From the NCBI GenBank assembly GCA_040954595.2, contig CM082594.2, forward strand, positions 22,208 through 86,207: DNA of 64,000 nucleotides, written 5' to 3'. The stretch comes from Balanoglossus misakiensis (Eukaryota > Animalia > Hemichordata). How positions within the stretch are numbered: the first letter of the stretch is position 1; each line of letters begins with the position of its first letter. The position numbers and the translations under genes are program-made. Under the pieces are notes generated by a model. The model was not told the origin of the DNA and ran no database searches. It saw only the letters and a list, made by a program, of their open reading frames with translations. Below, piece by piece: positions 37,109-48,940 of the stretch.

Positions 37109-37774
37109 GAATACATGAGAAGTCGGCCAGATTAGAAGTCGGCCAGTACGCGCGCATGAGAAGTCGGCCAGTATGAGAAGTCGGCCAGTTGTTGAACTTG
37201 TACCCGAATAGTGCAGTAATGACCCAGATTACTTATAACAACACTTAATAAAATATAATTGCACTAAATATTTTCATTTGGACGGATTTCCCAAATTCTT
37301 GACAACACAATGACGTCATTTCAAATAATGGCATCTGGCATCCGTACCGGTTCCCCAGCCTCGTATCCGCGTAAGGAGCTTAGGTTGTTCGCCAAATTCC
37401 TGTGACATTTCTGATTAAAGGGAGTTGTTTCAAAGCCTACTAAAATACATAGAAGATGTATGTGTATATTCATACTTTCTGAGACAACACCAAACAAACA
37501 AACAAACAAACGTGACAAGGAACAGACTACTGGCGCAGCTCAAGAAGTGCAGGTGACTGATGTTGACGTACCCCGGTGACGTACATGAAAAGTGAACAGA
37601 CAGTTTTAAAATTCATCGGCTATTTGTACAAATATCTTAGCTCCTGTACATCAAGGAAACATTTCGTAGTGAAACAGTTATATATAACACAAAGTACCAG
37701 GGTTCTCTCCCACAGGCCGACTTCTCGTACTGGCCGAGACCGACTTCTCATACTGGTTGACTTCTCAGGACACC
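37109..37774. mobile_element. MITE with 8-bp TSD and subterminal tandem repeats
   Basis: Flanked by ATGTATAG on both sides. Four AGAAGTCGGCCAG motifs at the left and inverted copies at the right. Superfamily not determined. Confidence 0.8.
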
Positions 37775-37885
37775 ATGTATAGCTAGCTGTTGAACTCAAA
37801 AAATATGTAAAACTACAAGTGATGTAAACAACTTGTGGAACCATGTTCAAATCGAGACAAGAAGAAAAGGGATTTCAAGACTTAC

Positions 37886-37982
37886 CTCCTTCAGCACTTT
37901 ACTGCCCTGTAGCGCACTGTGTGACACTTGTAGTTGTGCATTCATAACCAGAAGGACGTGGCCGAACCTAGCGAGTATGAAC
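37886..37982 (-). pseudogene. Degenerate GCC2/GCC3-like Cys-rich exon
   Basis: SYSLGSAT / PSGYECTTTSVTQCATGQ*SAEG with a frameshift and a stop; GATAG and GTAAG borders. Confidence 0.6.
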
Positions 37983-38218
37983 CTATCACAGAAAAAATTC
38001 AAAGAACGATTTTTACCACCATGGTTTGGTCCAACGATCCCTTATTAGAGAGATGTCCGTAATCACAGGTTTAACTGTACAATACCTTTTCAGTGGAATC
38101 ATTGTGTTTTTCAAAGTGCATCACAATATCATCTCCAATAAGCATAACAGTTTAATTTTCTGTGTATGCCATGCTATAACACAGGGAAGTCACAAGAGTG
38201 ATTTGCAGCCCAACTTAC

Positions 38219-38416
38219 CAGTAACTGTTGAACAATCCACTACGGGTGACATGGTTGGACACTTGGATACCACTGGACAAGGCGTGCATGTGCCGTCGCC
38301 TTCCATAGCATATTCACCATTGCCACAGTCGAGCGGATCTTACATTGGATCTGAACACGATTTTCCAGCAGGGCACAGAAGACAGGATGTGCGTGCAGGC
38401 TCCTCACTTATTTCAT
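38219..38416 (-). pseudogene. GCC2/GCC3-like Cys-rich exon with stop; absent from duplicate copy 2
   Basis: EISEEPARTSCLLCPAGKSCSDPM*DPLDCGNGEYAMEGDGTCTPCPVVSKCPTMSPVVDCSTVT, 198 bp, CAG/GTAAG borders. Confidence 0.75.
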
Positions 38417-38799
38417 CTGATTAAAGAAAATGAGGTTTTTAGTGATGTATTTGTGATACAGTGTCATTTAAAATAACAAATTACTTGAGATGATTCACTT
38501 CATAATTCTGAGACAAGTATACAGGCATGTAGAAAATTCTTTGGAGGACATTAAACGTCATTTCTAATCAACCATTTTCTGAATATCATAAGACTCTGCG
38601 AGATCTCACATGGCTAACCAGGTCTCGCAAGATCTCGCACTGAGTTGATAATCTGTTGTAAACACATACATACATACACACACACACACACATACCCCCA
38701 GTCGCACTGACTTGAAAATCTGTTGTAAACACATACATGCATACACACATACCCCTCAGTTTCATCACACAGCAAACTGAACAAGTACCACAATCTTAC

Positions 38800-38933
38800 C
38801 ATTTGTACATCTGGTACAGTTTGTTGCACCAGCCAATGACACGTAACCCTTGGTACACTTGAATTGCGATGCACTGGGATCTATGCAGGCGTACCCTTGC
38901 TCACAAATAGTACAATGTTCAGCACCAGCTGAT
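38800..38933 (-). CDS. Open GCC2/GCC3-like Cys-rich exon
   Basis: TTACAG|..SAGAEHCTICEQGYACIDPSASQFKCTKGYVSLAGATNCTRCTN..|GTAAG. Confidence 0.7.
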
Positions 38934-39187
38934 CTGTAAATCAAACAGAGAATTTACACACCAAGTTAACCTTTGAATACCACTGTAAAAATTTGGTGCA
39001 AATTTTAATTATTTTCATAAATAGAGGTCTATTCAAATTTGGAAAAATTGTCATTTTTTCATTCATATATTATATCAGTAAATTTTAAATACAGAAATAG
39101 AAAATGATCCCATCCTATTTTTCAGTTAGTAAATTACCTGACCTAATGTTTGATGTTGGAAATAAAGGTGGGTGGGTAGAAGTTTAC

Positions 39188-39318
39188 CTGTTATGCAAGA
39201 GGTACAGCGAGACATCCTTTGTCCAAGGCCGAACTGTAATAACCAGCCGAGCATAAAATCACAGAGTCACCATTTGGACATTGGTTACCAGCTGGGCAAT
39301 CAGCACATGATGTTTGTG
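39188..39318 (-). pseudogene. GCC2/GCC3-like exon with frameshift
   Basis: QTSCADCPAGNQCPNGDSVILCSAGYYS, then RCTSCIT in another frame. Confidence 0.7.
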
Positions 39319-39743
39319 CTGAAAATAAACAGAGATTTATAGAATCTTATAGTCACAGTCATACCTTCAAAGACGTGGGATTCTCACGCGGGTTGGGGAG
39401 ACAAAAATCCCTGGCAAAAGATTGAGGACAGGAAAATGCCAATCCAGAGATATTGGTAACAGAAACTGTGTACAGTCAATGCCATACGGCAGTGTGCTGT
39501 TCTAACAACAGACAAGATCGTGACGATCATAGTCTGTGTCGGAGATTTGGAAAAGAGCAAATTTGGTGAAAAGACGGGACAAAACAAAAGTCTACTTATA
39601 CGATGCACATGAAAACTGGATGAAAGCGAAGCAGTCCACTATTTGAATGCATTGGATGTAAAATTGGCAGAATATTTGGACTGGACGTAATGTTTGTACG
39701 CACAGAATTACGTACATGCACATAAGATGATCGTCTGCCTTAA

Positions 39744-40248
39744 AGGCACGTAAGCTGCAACTAGATAAAAAAATTAATGTTTTAAATAATCTCATATATG
39801 CTTTTAATTATGTCTATTAAATGATATTTCATGATAATATATCAAGCTCAACACTTATTTATGACACAATGGCCAAAATTAAAGAAAAAACAAAAATTCC
39901 TGCAATTTTAAAAAAAGTGCAATATTGCAATGAAAAATGGAAATCTGATGTCTCAGTGGTGTACATTTACTTCCATGAGCTCAAGTGGATGAGATCATGT
40001 TTTGTTTATGAAGTTTCACAACCGGAAATGCAACAATTTCATTGTTTCTTGCATTTTCCCACGGTGGCGGCCATAATCGCTTGCGGCAAAGCTTTATTAT
40101 TTATCTGGTTAAAACTTGCATATGCACTCATATTTAGGGTTTATAATGCTTGTGTATAGTTCACTGCCTTCATCTGCATGGACTAATGGTAGTGTAGTTT
40201 TAAACAAAAATTATGAAAATTATCTCAAAAGTTACAGCTTTCGTGCCT
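39744..40248. mobile_element. TTAA-TSD MITE (Kolobok-like)
   Basis: TTAA|AGGCACGTAAGCTGCAACT ... AGTTACAGCTTTCGTGCCT|TTAA. Confidence 0.88.
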
Positions 40249-40297
40249 TTAAGTGAAAGATTACACAGTAATGCCCAAACTTTAAGTGCTGACTCAC

Positions 40298-40530
40298 CAT
40301 CTATATTAGTGTAGTATCCATCTTCACACACCTCTGGCTCCGACATACCATCATATTGGCACTTATACCCGGGGCAGGACAAGGCGTACAGTCTATACTT
40401 CCATTGTTGGCAAAATATCCCAGTCCGCATTGTGTTGGTGATGAGAGGCTGGCTGTTCCACACATGAAACCCCTGGACACAGCGTGCATGCTTCAGAACA
40501 TGCTGAACTTTAACTTCCAGCTGCGCAGTC
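40298..40530 (-). pseudogene. GCC2/GCC3-like exon with stop and frameshifts
   Basis: DCAAGS*SSACSEACTLCP / GFMCGTASLSSPTQCGLGYFANNGSIDCTPCP / GYKCQYDGMSEPEVCEDGYYTNID; CTACAG and GTGAGT borders. Confidence 0.75.
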
Positions 40531-40596
40531 CTGTAGGAGTGAAGACGTCAAATATTAAGGAGGTTTAGGAGCCCTCTAGCCAGCAAACTTCATCAA

Positions 40597-41014
40597 GGAT
40601 GTACGTGCAGAACATAAACCGGAAACACTGCGTGTCCGGTCTTTTTTCCATAGGATTACATTGATAATCGCCAGAAAACAAACTTCTACTATTGTTATTT
40701 TCTCGAAATTTTACACATAGCTCAGTCCAGCAAATATAAATTCATTGGTCAAATAAAATATAGGGGTCACCGCGCTCTTTTTTGAGATAAATTGCATTAA
40801 GAAATTTTGGCCATAGACAAACAAACCATTGGTGAAAAATGCTGAGTCAGCAGATTTCTTCTATTATCGACCAATTTCATGGCTCTGTATTTCAAAAACA
40901 AGCGCGGTGACCCCTATATTTTATTACGGATTTTCATTATACATACAAAAGAGAATAAAAAAATCCACAATTAAAAAAAATGACAATACTTTCCATTTTA
41001 TTGAACGTACATCC
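40597..41014. mobile_element. TTAA-type MITE with internal inverted repeat
   Basis: TCAA|GGATGTACGTGCA ... TGAACGTACATCC|TTAA; internal IR AAAATATAGGGGTCACCGCGCT / AGCGCGGTGACCCCTATATTTT. Confidence 0.8.
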
Positions 41015-41498
41015 TTAATGTTACTTAGGTAGTGGAGCACCAAAACCCAAATTTTCATATCGATTGTGTATTTTGTGATAAAAGCACCAAACTTGGCTCA
41101 GATGTGTGTTAATGTGTACTGAACAAATTCAGATAGCGAGTCACTAAATATCTGTTGAAGAGTTTCCATGGCAACCAATTTTTTTTCAAAATGGCCGCAA
41201 ATACAGATAATCACACCTGTTAAACATCATAATAAATTCAGATTACAATATTTGAAACAAGAAACTACGGAAAGAATGGTTTGCAATAGAACTATGGTTA
41301 TTAAACTACAAATGTACTTATAAGGGTAACTAAGGGATCAAAATACAGGTGCAACTTTCAATCCCTGGTACTCGCATTAGTATAGGTGCTCCCCCTAGTC
41401 AAACATTACGGCTAGTTGCGATATTTAACTTGAAGTACGTAAATTACACACACACGAATCGCAACAGTTAGCGAGTCACTAAATATCTATTGAAGAGT

Positions 41499-43508
41499 GA
41501 CTATGCAGTATTCAAGATCCACCCTTTCCACAATACGTGTGAACTTGTACTCTCTACATGGAATGTCCGCTCAGCTAGATGCAAATCATTAGACATTGCA
41601 GACTACATCACAGATAAAGAAATTGATATTCTTGTACTCACTGAAACATGGTTGAAGGAATCTGGTGACGAACACGTAATGGCTGAATGTACACCACCAG
41701 GCTATGCTGTCAAATATCTACCTGGGGTTGGCAAGATCGGTGGAGGCTTAGCTTAAATTCATAAGCTAGCACTAAAATAAACAGCTTGGAAGCCTATTCT
41801 CTCTGTTAAATCTTTTGAGGCAGCGGAAGCAACTATTCTTCACCAGAAACTTTCCATGAAAATAATTCTTGTCTACCGTCCACCACCATCAGTTAATAAT
41901 AAATTCACCGCACCACAGTTCATGGAAGAGTTCAGTACAACACTTGAGAAGTATGTCACCTGCTCAAGTAATCTCTTCATCGTAGGAGATTTCAATATTC
42001 ACCTAGAAGATGATAAGAATCCAGTAACACAGAAATTCAATGGAATCATCAGCGCCTGTAATCTGAAACAATGGGTCCAACAACCAACACACAGAAAGGG
42101 TCATACTCTTGATCTCATCTTATCTAACTCTGCGTCTAACATCAAGAGTGTCTCTGTAGACTGCTTGGAACTCTCTGATCACAATCCTGTCAATGCAAAA
42201 CTTGCTCTTCCGAAACCAACACACAGTAGACGTCAAATATCTTATCGTCATATCTGCCATTTCAATTGATAGTTTCAGCCATGATCTCGACAAAATACAT
42301 CAAATGTCCTAGCCTCCAAATGACCTCTCCTCAGCCATATCAGCTTATAACCAACCCGTCAGTCTCCATCTAAAACACGTGTACTTGATCTCATCCCTAC
42401 AGCACTTGATAAGCAATGTCTTGGTAATCTGCTCACTATCATAGCTACAATTATCAATTTGTCACTCAAAACTGGAACTGTTCCTGAATAACTTAAAATA
42501 GCAGTCATCACACCAATATACTCAAGAAACCTTCGCTCGACAAAAACATTTTCAAGAACTATAGACCAGTTTCAAACCTAACCTTCCTGTCAAAAGTAAT
42601 CGGGAAGATTGTAGCACAACAACTGACATCATATTTGACTACCAACTCACTACAAGAACCACTGCAGTCAGCGTACCGAAAGGATCACAGTACCGAAACA
42701 GCACTTACTAAAGTCAACAACGATATTTGTATGGCACTGGATGCCGGTAAATGTGTACTCATGGTTCTCCTCGATCTCTCCTCTGTGTTTGATACCATAG
42801 ATCACGACACAATCATCTCAAGGTTATCAAAACTGGGCATCACCAACATCGCACTACAATGGTTCTCATCATATCTTAAGAACAGACAGCAGTTTGTATG
42901 GCACAATGTCAGAACCTCAATATCTACAATATGGAGTACCACACGGTTCAGTGCTTGGCCCACTTTTGTTCTGCAGCTACATCCAACCACTTGCTCAACT
43001 TATTTGTCACCACAACATCAATTTTCACCAATATGCCGATGACAACCAACTATACCAATATTTCTTCCAGTTAGACACCATAAGTACATTAGACAAGATG
43101 GAAAGGGCAGTTCACGAAATAAAAACCTGGATGACACATAATAAACTTCAACTAAATGGTGGCAAACCCGAGGTACTCCTGATAAGGTCTCAGTTCAACC
43201 GCTCGCCTCGTCCCATAAACCACATGAGCATTGGATCATGTTGTGTTCAAATTGTGAATTCTGCACGGAATATAGGTGTGACATTCGACGACAATTACAC
43301 TTTCAATAAGCACATTAATGCAATTTGCAAGTCAATTTTCTTCCATCTGCGTCAAATCAGCCACATTCGCCGTTACCTCACTAAGGAAGTTTGCCAGATG
43401 CTGATTCATGCTCTAATCACATCAAAACTGGACTACTGCAATGCAATACTCTGTGGTTTACCATCATCATGCATTCAACCGCTACAGCATGCCCTGAATT
43501 CTGCAGCC
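41499..43508 (+). mobile_element. Degenerate CR1/L2-group LINE ORF2 (APE endonuclease plus reverse transcriptase), internally deleted and 3'-truncated
   Basis: EN motifs WNVRS, LTETW, GGGLA, YRPP, GDFN, TLDL, SDH. RT motifs [43 protein letters not shown]. Stops and frameshifts lie between the fragments. Confidence 0.93.
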
Positions 43509-43842
43509 ACCATGGCCTCCTTCACAAAAACCTCACCAGACCCCATAATGCCTCCATCTCTTACACCACACCTTATACCCACCACAAATCCTAGCCATCA
43601 CCCAACCTATCATAGCCCAAACAATCCAAACCCAATCAAAATTGACCCTAGCCCCACTTATCAAGCCATCAATGCTCAACGGCAACCCAAATAACACTTA
43701 ACTTAAAGATTGGCATAAATCCAAACTCATACCACTGCGACCCCAAATATACAACACAAAGACTCAATCACGAACCAATACCTACCATTTGTAGCAAATA
43801 CACGACCAAAGATTTGATCCCATATATCATCCATATATCATC
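43509..43842 (+). repeat. Dispersed fragment of subtelomeric repeat B
   Basis: Reverse complement matches about 21070-21405 (GGCCTCCTTCAC.AAAACC.CA.CAGACC...ACACGACCAAAGATTTGATCCCAT). Confidence 0.92.
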
Positions 43843-44026
43843 AGAAAGTTGGGACGATGAGCAATGGGGCAGAGACTGATCATCAAAAATTTGAGACAGG
43901 GAATTCCAACAAATGAGATCATTAAGTTAAATATGCAAAGCAAATCAGAAAAGAGAATCAGAAGATTTTCTCCGAAGGACACCTTGCAAATTCATGATTG
44001 GAAAGACACTGCAGTCACATGTATAT

Positions 44027-45225
44027 TGTAGTGTCCAAACACTAGTGAGCATCTATACTTTATACATTCTGTAAAATGACGTAATGCAACATTCGGGTCA
44101 TTATGAATAAAGTGCGTGAACGAGGCTAGGCACTCTCACTCTTACATGCCGGACTTGGTGTCTCGTGTTGTCATTATTGCCCACCAACGATTCTATATTT
44201 GGCGACGAGGACGGAGAACATGGAGAATCAGCTAGCCGTCAATGCCGAGTTTTCCTGTTCATTCAGACCCGACAACCACCAGTACGAGATGGAAAAAGTA
44301 CATGGCTAGAGTAGAAAACGCATTTGTCGCATTCAACATTACAGATGACAAGCGACAACGTGCACTGCTATTGCACTGGGCAGGTGAGGAAGTTTCCGAC
44401 TTCTTTGATACTCTACCAGATACAGGAACTAGCTGTGAAACAGCCAAATTAAAGCTTTCGTCATACTTCTCACCCAAACGGAACATTGAATACGAACGAT
44501 TTATCTTCAGAGACACCATACAAAACAACGGCGAATCGATTGATGCCTATCACACTTGTTTGCAACGCCTAGCAGAAACATATGTGACTTCACCAATAAG
44601 GATCAAGAGGTCAAATCACAAATCATACGAGGATTCACATCAGCCCGTCTCAGACGTCGTGCACTTCGGGAGGAGACGACACTAGAGAATCTACTGAGTA
44701 CAGCCTGTTCATTTGAGGTATCAGAGGTTCAGGCTAGTGGGATTGAGGAGAAAACCCAAAATTATGGTGCAGATACGGCATCTGTGAATGCGGTCAGAAA
44801 ACAGCGCCACCAACGCCCGAAACCAAATAAACAAAAGAGAGCTCATCAGCAGCCAGCGAAAGGACCGTCCACTTGTTATTATTGTGGTGGCACCTATCCA
44901 CATGACTCAGTATGTCCAGCTAAAGGCAAGTCATGCAGGAAGTGTGGCAAACCTAACTATTTTGCCAAATGCTACCGATCAAAAGACAAGGCAAATAGGG
45001 TAGACAAGGATGAAACTGTCAAAGCTGTGCATAAAGTGGAAGACAGCTCGGGAGATGAATACTGCTTCACTGAACAACAATCAAATGGCAGGAGGCCTCA
45101 AGTAACAGTGCAGATAGAACAAACAGCAGTTGCCTCACTGATCGACCCTGGTTCTACTATAAACATGATGAGTGTAAACACATACAACAACCTAAAGAAC
45201 AAACCCATGTGGCAAACAGAAAGCC
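44027..45225 (+). mobile_element. Truncated Ty3/Gypsy LTR retrotransposon: putative 5' LTR, PBS, frameshifted gag, start of protease
   Basis: Short LTR-like segment 44027-44197 containing AATAAA; PBS-like TGGCGACGAGGA at 44200; gag RWKKY...RALLLHWAGEEV; zinc knuckles CYYCGGTYPHDSVC and CRKCGKPNYFAKC; degenerate protease LIDPGS. No RT, integrase or 3' LTR. Confidence 0.88.
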
Positions 45226-45713
45226 CGTTTTACCACTGTCAGCAGTGCATTATTGAGTATTTTAGCATCGCTAGATTTAGCTCTCGTCCAATCAGAATTG
45301 CGGACGGTAGCATGATATAATATAATTGAGAATAAATCTCGCGACAAGTGTACAGTTTGACAATGTACACAGATAATCCGTTTCAACAATGTTTCCTTTG
45401 TAGTGTGAATAAAACTGCACACTTTGCAAGTTTTCAACTTCAAAACACTATGGCTATTACAGAGACAAAGCTGCTAATATACAGTGTATACCTGTCATTT
45501 TTGTTTGTGGTCAGATTTTCATTGGCACAGTCGCACAGAGCTCACACAAGAGGAAATTACACTTTCTGTTGAATTCACTGCATCCTGCTAACTTTAAGTC
45601 ATATATCCAGTGAAACATTAAGTTATAGAATTTTCCATCGCAGTATTCTGTTTTATATACATGTATAGCAGTCCCACACATATTGATTAATTTGACAAAA
45701 GAAACTGACTGAC

Positions 45714-45829
45714 AATTTTCACAGCGCTCCCAGTATAGCATCCTTGGCAGGTGCACGTCAATGCCCCACACGAGGTTAGGGTTGGCAAGTGCTGCCATTT
45801 TGACATGGGTTGTTAGCACTGATCAATTC
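45714..45829 (-). pseudogene. Frameshifted EGF-like exon
   Basis: IDQC / NNPCQNGSTCQP / TSCGALTCTCQGCYTG / RCEN across frames; TAG acceptor, GTCAGT donor. Confidence 0.7.
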
Positions 45830-46744
45830 CTACGCATGACAGAAAAATGAAGAATTAGGCTATGGGCCGGACCTGCCTATCGTTTCAAAATGCACTCTGT
45901 ATATTAAGGTTTATTTCTTTTACATAAAAACAAGTCTTCTTGCTCTAATATGATAAAAGAAAAAAAACTTCAACTTAAATATTGCGTCCTCAGAGGTAAT
46001 ATCGAGCCCTAAAAATCAGGTATGCTAATGCGGTTAAAGGTCGTGCAGTTCTCCTTATAACAAGCGATCTTATTGGTGGTTACGTGACTGCACCAATCAC
46101 AGAATGCGTTATGTCACTCAGCAATTACACACGCAGGGCAAACTATCAGGCAGCTACATGTATACTAGTATACATGTTACAGAAGATTAAACAGAATTGT
46201 TGGTAAGGAAAGTTTGAGCAGACTAGTCCATTCAATGTAAAAAATGGTGCTGATTCCAAAAAAGTCAGTCTTATTGACCCCTTTCAAGACAAAATTGCCA
46301 TTTTTGCCACTTTTAACCCAAAAGGTCATTTAAAAAACACTCAAAACACACTGTTTTCATCACATTCGGAGATCTGATGACATTTGAGGATTATGCGGAA
46401 ACAGTGACACACCAGAATAAAAATTACAGGTGACATTTGCAAGCAGATATGATCTGACCATATAGAAATATGGAATGTAAAAACATTAACAAGGAACATG
46501 CCCAATAAACTGTCATGTGTCATGGCAGTCTTACAAGTGGTGCTAGAAAAAAAATGACCAAAAATTGTCTGTACAAACACATATGCGAAGCAACTTCTTT
46601 CAGTCAGCCCTGGAACAGACACACACTGACCTGCCACTGGTAATTAAAATTTGATAGCTGGTGGTCTCTGTAACAGCTGGCCTATTTAAGTTATGTAAAC
46701 ATGTCTTTGTTCGAGGTAACAACTCCTTGTAAATAGTAACTTTA

Positions 46745-47757
46745 AAAACAACTGGACAATTTGTTTAGGAGAAGATTTGCTAACCAAAAACTAAGAAACT
46801 TACCAAAAAAACTCGCTAAATATTTAATCTTTCTGATCTCAGAACTGAATAAAAGTTGCACATATACAGGTATGTGTTATGAAATTATATCCTAAATTTC
46901 AAAGCAATCAGAGAAAAAACTAATTTCAAAGCAATCCAACAAGCAGTTTCACAGAAAATATTTGTTGAAAAGTGGCAAAAACACAAATATGCAAATATCA
47001 CCAAAATTGTACAATATCTTACTTCAATCACTACAAGGAACATGCTGCCTAAGTTCAATGCAATAGGACAAGCGGTTTCAGAGAAAACAATTTTTGACAA
47101 AAATTGCAAAAGTTTCCCCGATAACACATTTATGCAAATATCTTTTTTTTTTACAACATATTATTTAGGTTACCCCTACGAACATGCCTACCAAATTGGA
47201 AAGCAATCTGGCATGAGGTTTTAAAGAAAAACATTTTTTGACCAAAAATGGCAAATATTGCTCAAAATTATAGATATGCAAATTTTGCAACAATTTGAAC
47301 AAAACTATGGTTACTTAGACAACATTAGGAGGCTTCATACTAAATTTCAAAGACATTTTACCAATAACATGGAAAAATACAAAAAAATGCAAAAAAAATA
47401 GGAAATCGATAATATTAGCTCAAAACATACAGGATTGTATGAGGTTGATATAAGGTACATGCATACCAATTTTCAAATCAATATGACCAGTGGTTGTCCA
47501 GTTTTTGAGTTTTGACCAATTTCACATTTTCCCAGCTAATTTGCATATTTTTGGCAATGACATCTTCATTTGAACAAACTCCCATCTACAGCCCTGCCTG
47601 CATCTACACGCCAAATATCGAGGTCATACGCGCTGCGGTTTTCAAGTTTTCGATGTGGACGGACATACAGACATACATCCATCCATCCATCCATCCATAC
47701 ATACAGACGTAACCAATCCCATAAGGTCCCATGGTACATACCAATGGGACCTAAAAA
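46745..47757 (+). mobile_element. Probable non-autonomous Helentron/DINE-1-like (HINE) element
   Basis: Internal degenerate repeats, an (ACAG/ACAT/CATC)n microsatellite near the 3' end, then hairpin AGGTCCCAT-GGTACATACCA-ATGGGACCT followed by AAAAA. Left boundary approximate. Confidence 0.55.
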
Positions 47758-47769
47758 CTTGTGACTTAC

Positions 47770-47892
47770 ATGTAACACATGTTTGCCCAGTGTAGCAGGT
47801 TGGACAGTTGCAGGTGTAGATTGAGCAGGAGCCTTGAAGTGGCTGATACACTCCGTTATTCAGACATGGGTTTAGAAGACACTGGTTGATCG
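47770..47892 (-). CDS. Open EGF-like exon, third Cys mutated to Tyr
   Basis: INQCLLNPCLNNGVYQPLQGSCSIYTCNCPTCYTGQTCVT, 123 bp, TTAG/GTAAGT borders. Confidence 0.72.
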
Positions 47893-48340
47893 CTAAGGGT
47901 GAGAGAAATGAAAAGTATCACATTAGGGTCTTACACACTTGAGTGGGAAGTGAAATCTGTAGCAGACTGTCAGAAGATTGCACATCCGTGTGATCATGTT
48001 CATGTGTGAAGGATAATGAAGACCACTTGATCCAAGCTTGGTGCTACCATCTTTATCATAATTACAGCATCTTATAATATTTACTAGTTGGGGGTGGGGT
48101 GGGGTGGGGGTGGGGGTAGTTGATGTCATAACTTTCTGATGTTTCAATTTACGGTTGGAAAAATAGCAACATCTACTCTGATGAGCATTTGAGTCAATGA
48201 AAGTATACATCATGGCTACGGTAGTGCATATAAGTCTCTTGGTTAGCTGCACAATCACAGGCAACTTTATTGAGACAATATCAATGACAAAGCCCAGCGA
48301 TTTCTACTTTGTGCGGCAAATCTGACACTGGTTTGCTTAC

Positions 48341-48457
48341 GTTCAGCGCACGTGGTTCCGATGAAACAGCGCGAACTCTGGCATCTGAACTCGGTGCAGG
48401 ACACTTGCTGGCAGAATCCACTGTTTAGACAAGGGTTGGGCTGACACGGATTCAAAT
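48341..48457 (-). CDS. Open EGF-like exon, one Cys mutated to Ser
   Basis: LNPCQPNPCLNSGFCQQVSCTEFRCQSSRCFIGTTCAE, 117 bp, ACAG/GTAAG borders. Confidence 0.72.
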
Positions 48458-48841
48458 CTGTGCACAGAAGAGAAAGTGATATAAATTGTGTACAGTTAAT
48501 ATTTACTACATATACTTTAAACAGATTTGTGCAGTCAGGGTTGAGTGGTAAAAATCTCACTTGGTCAACAGAACATCACTGTGACAAATTTCTTCCATGT
48601 TCAACAAAAGAAACGTAATGAAATTTTGACACAGGTGTAATAGTGTCTTAGTGTACCATACGGTGCAGGTTGTTGTTTGGTCAAATACACAATCCCCTTT
48701 TATGGCACACACATTCTTAATAAATTTCCCCAAAATTGTGTCGTTATTCACTGTTTGATACAGGTTGGAAGAAACCAACTGCAAGCCGATTATGTGTTAT
48801 GTTATTATGTTCCTCTTCGTCTGAAATTTAAAATCACTCAC

Positions 48842-48940
48842 ATGTCTGACATAAATCGCCGGAGTAACAGCTTGTACAGGAGCATGTGAATTCAGTACAC
48901 CAATTGGGCGTCAGCACACAGTTTCCACCATTCTGACAGC
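48842..48940 (-). pseudogene. Shortened EGF-like exon at the duplication junction
   Basis: CQNGGNCVLTPNWCTEFTCSCTSCYSGDLCQT; the N-terminal part present at 63105-63130 is missing here. Confidence 0.75.

Larger units (their letters stand above)
34128..48935 (+). repeat. Tandem segmental duplication, copy 1
   Basis: Near-identical to 48936-63104. ORF offsets are 14807 at the left and 14167 after indels. Confidence 0.97.

Noticed and set aside
37115-37190. Short repeats AGAAGTCGGCCAG resembling a CRISPR array
   Set aside because: Spacers are only a few nt, the context is eukaryotic, and they are subterminal repeats of a TSD-flanked MITE.
33091-38078. Tigger/pogo-like ends (TA|CAGTAAAACCTCTC... 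and ...AGGTTTAACTG|TA) bracketing several exons as one large Pack-type element
   Set aside because: The ends are diverged from each other and similar exons lie outside them; independent truncated MITE remnants are more likely.
41499-45320. Single composite autonomous retroelement (EN-RT plus gag)
   Set aside because: The LINE and Gypsy parts are separately truncated, separated by repeat B and unrelated sequence, and both are disrupted.
45774-45785. GGTTAGGGTTGG as an interstitial telomere seed
   Set aside because: Under two repeat units and inside a degenerate EGF exon; expected by chance.
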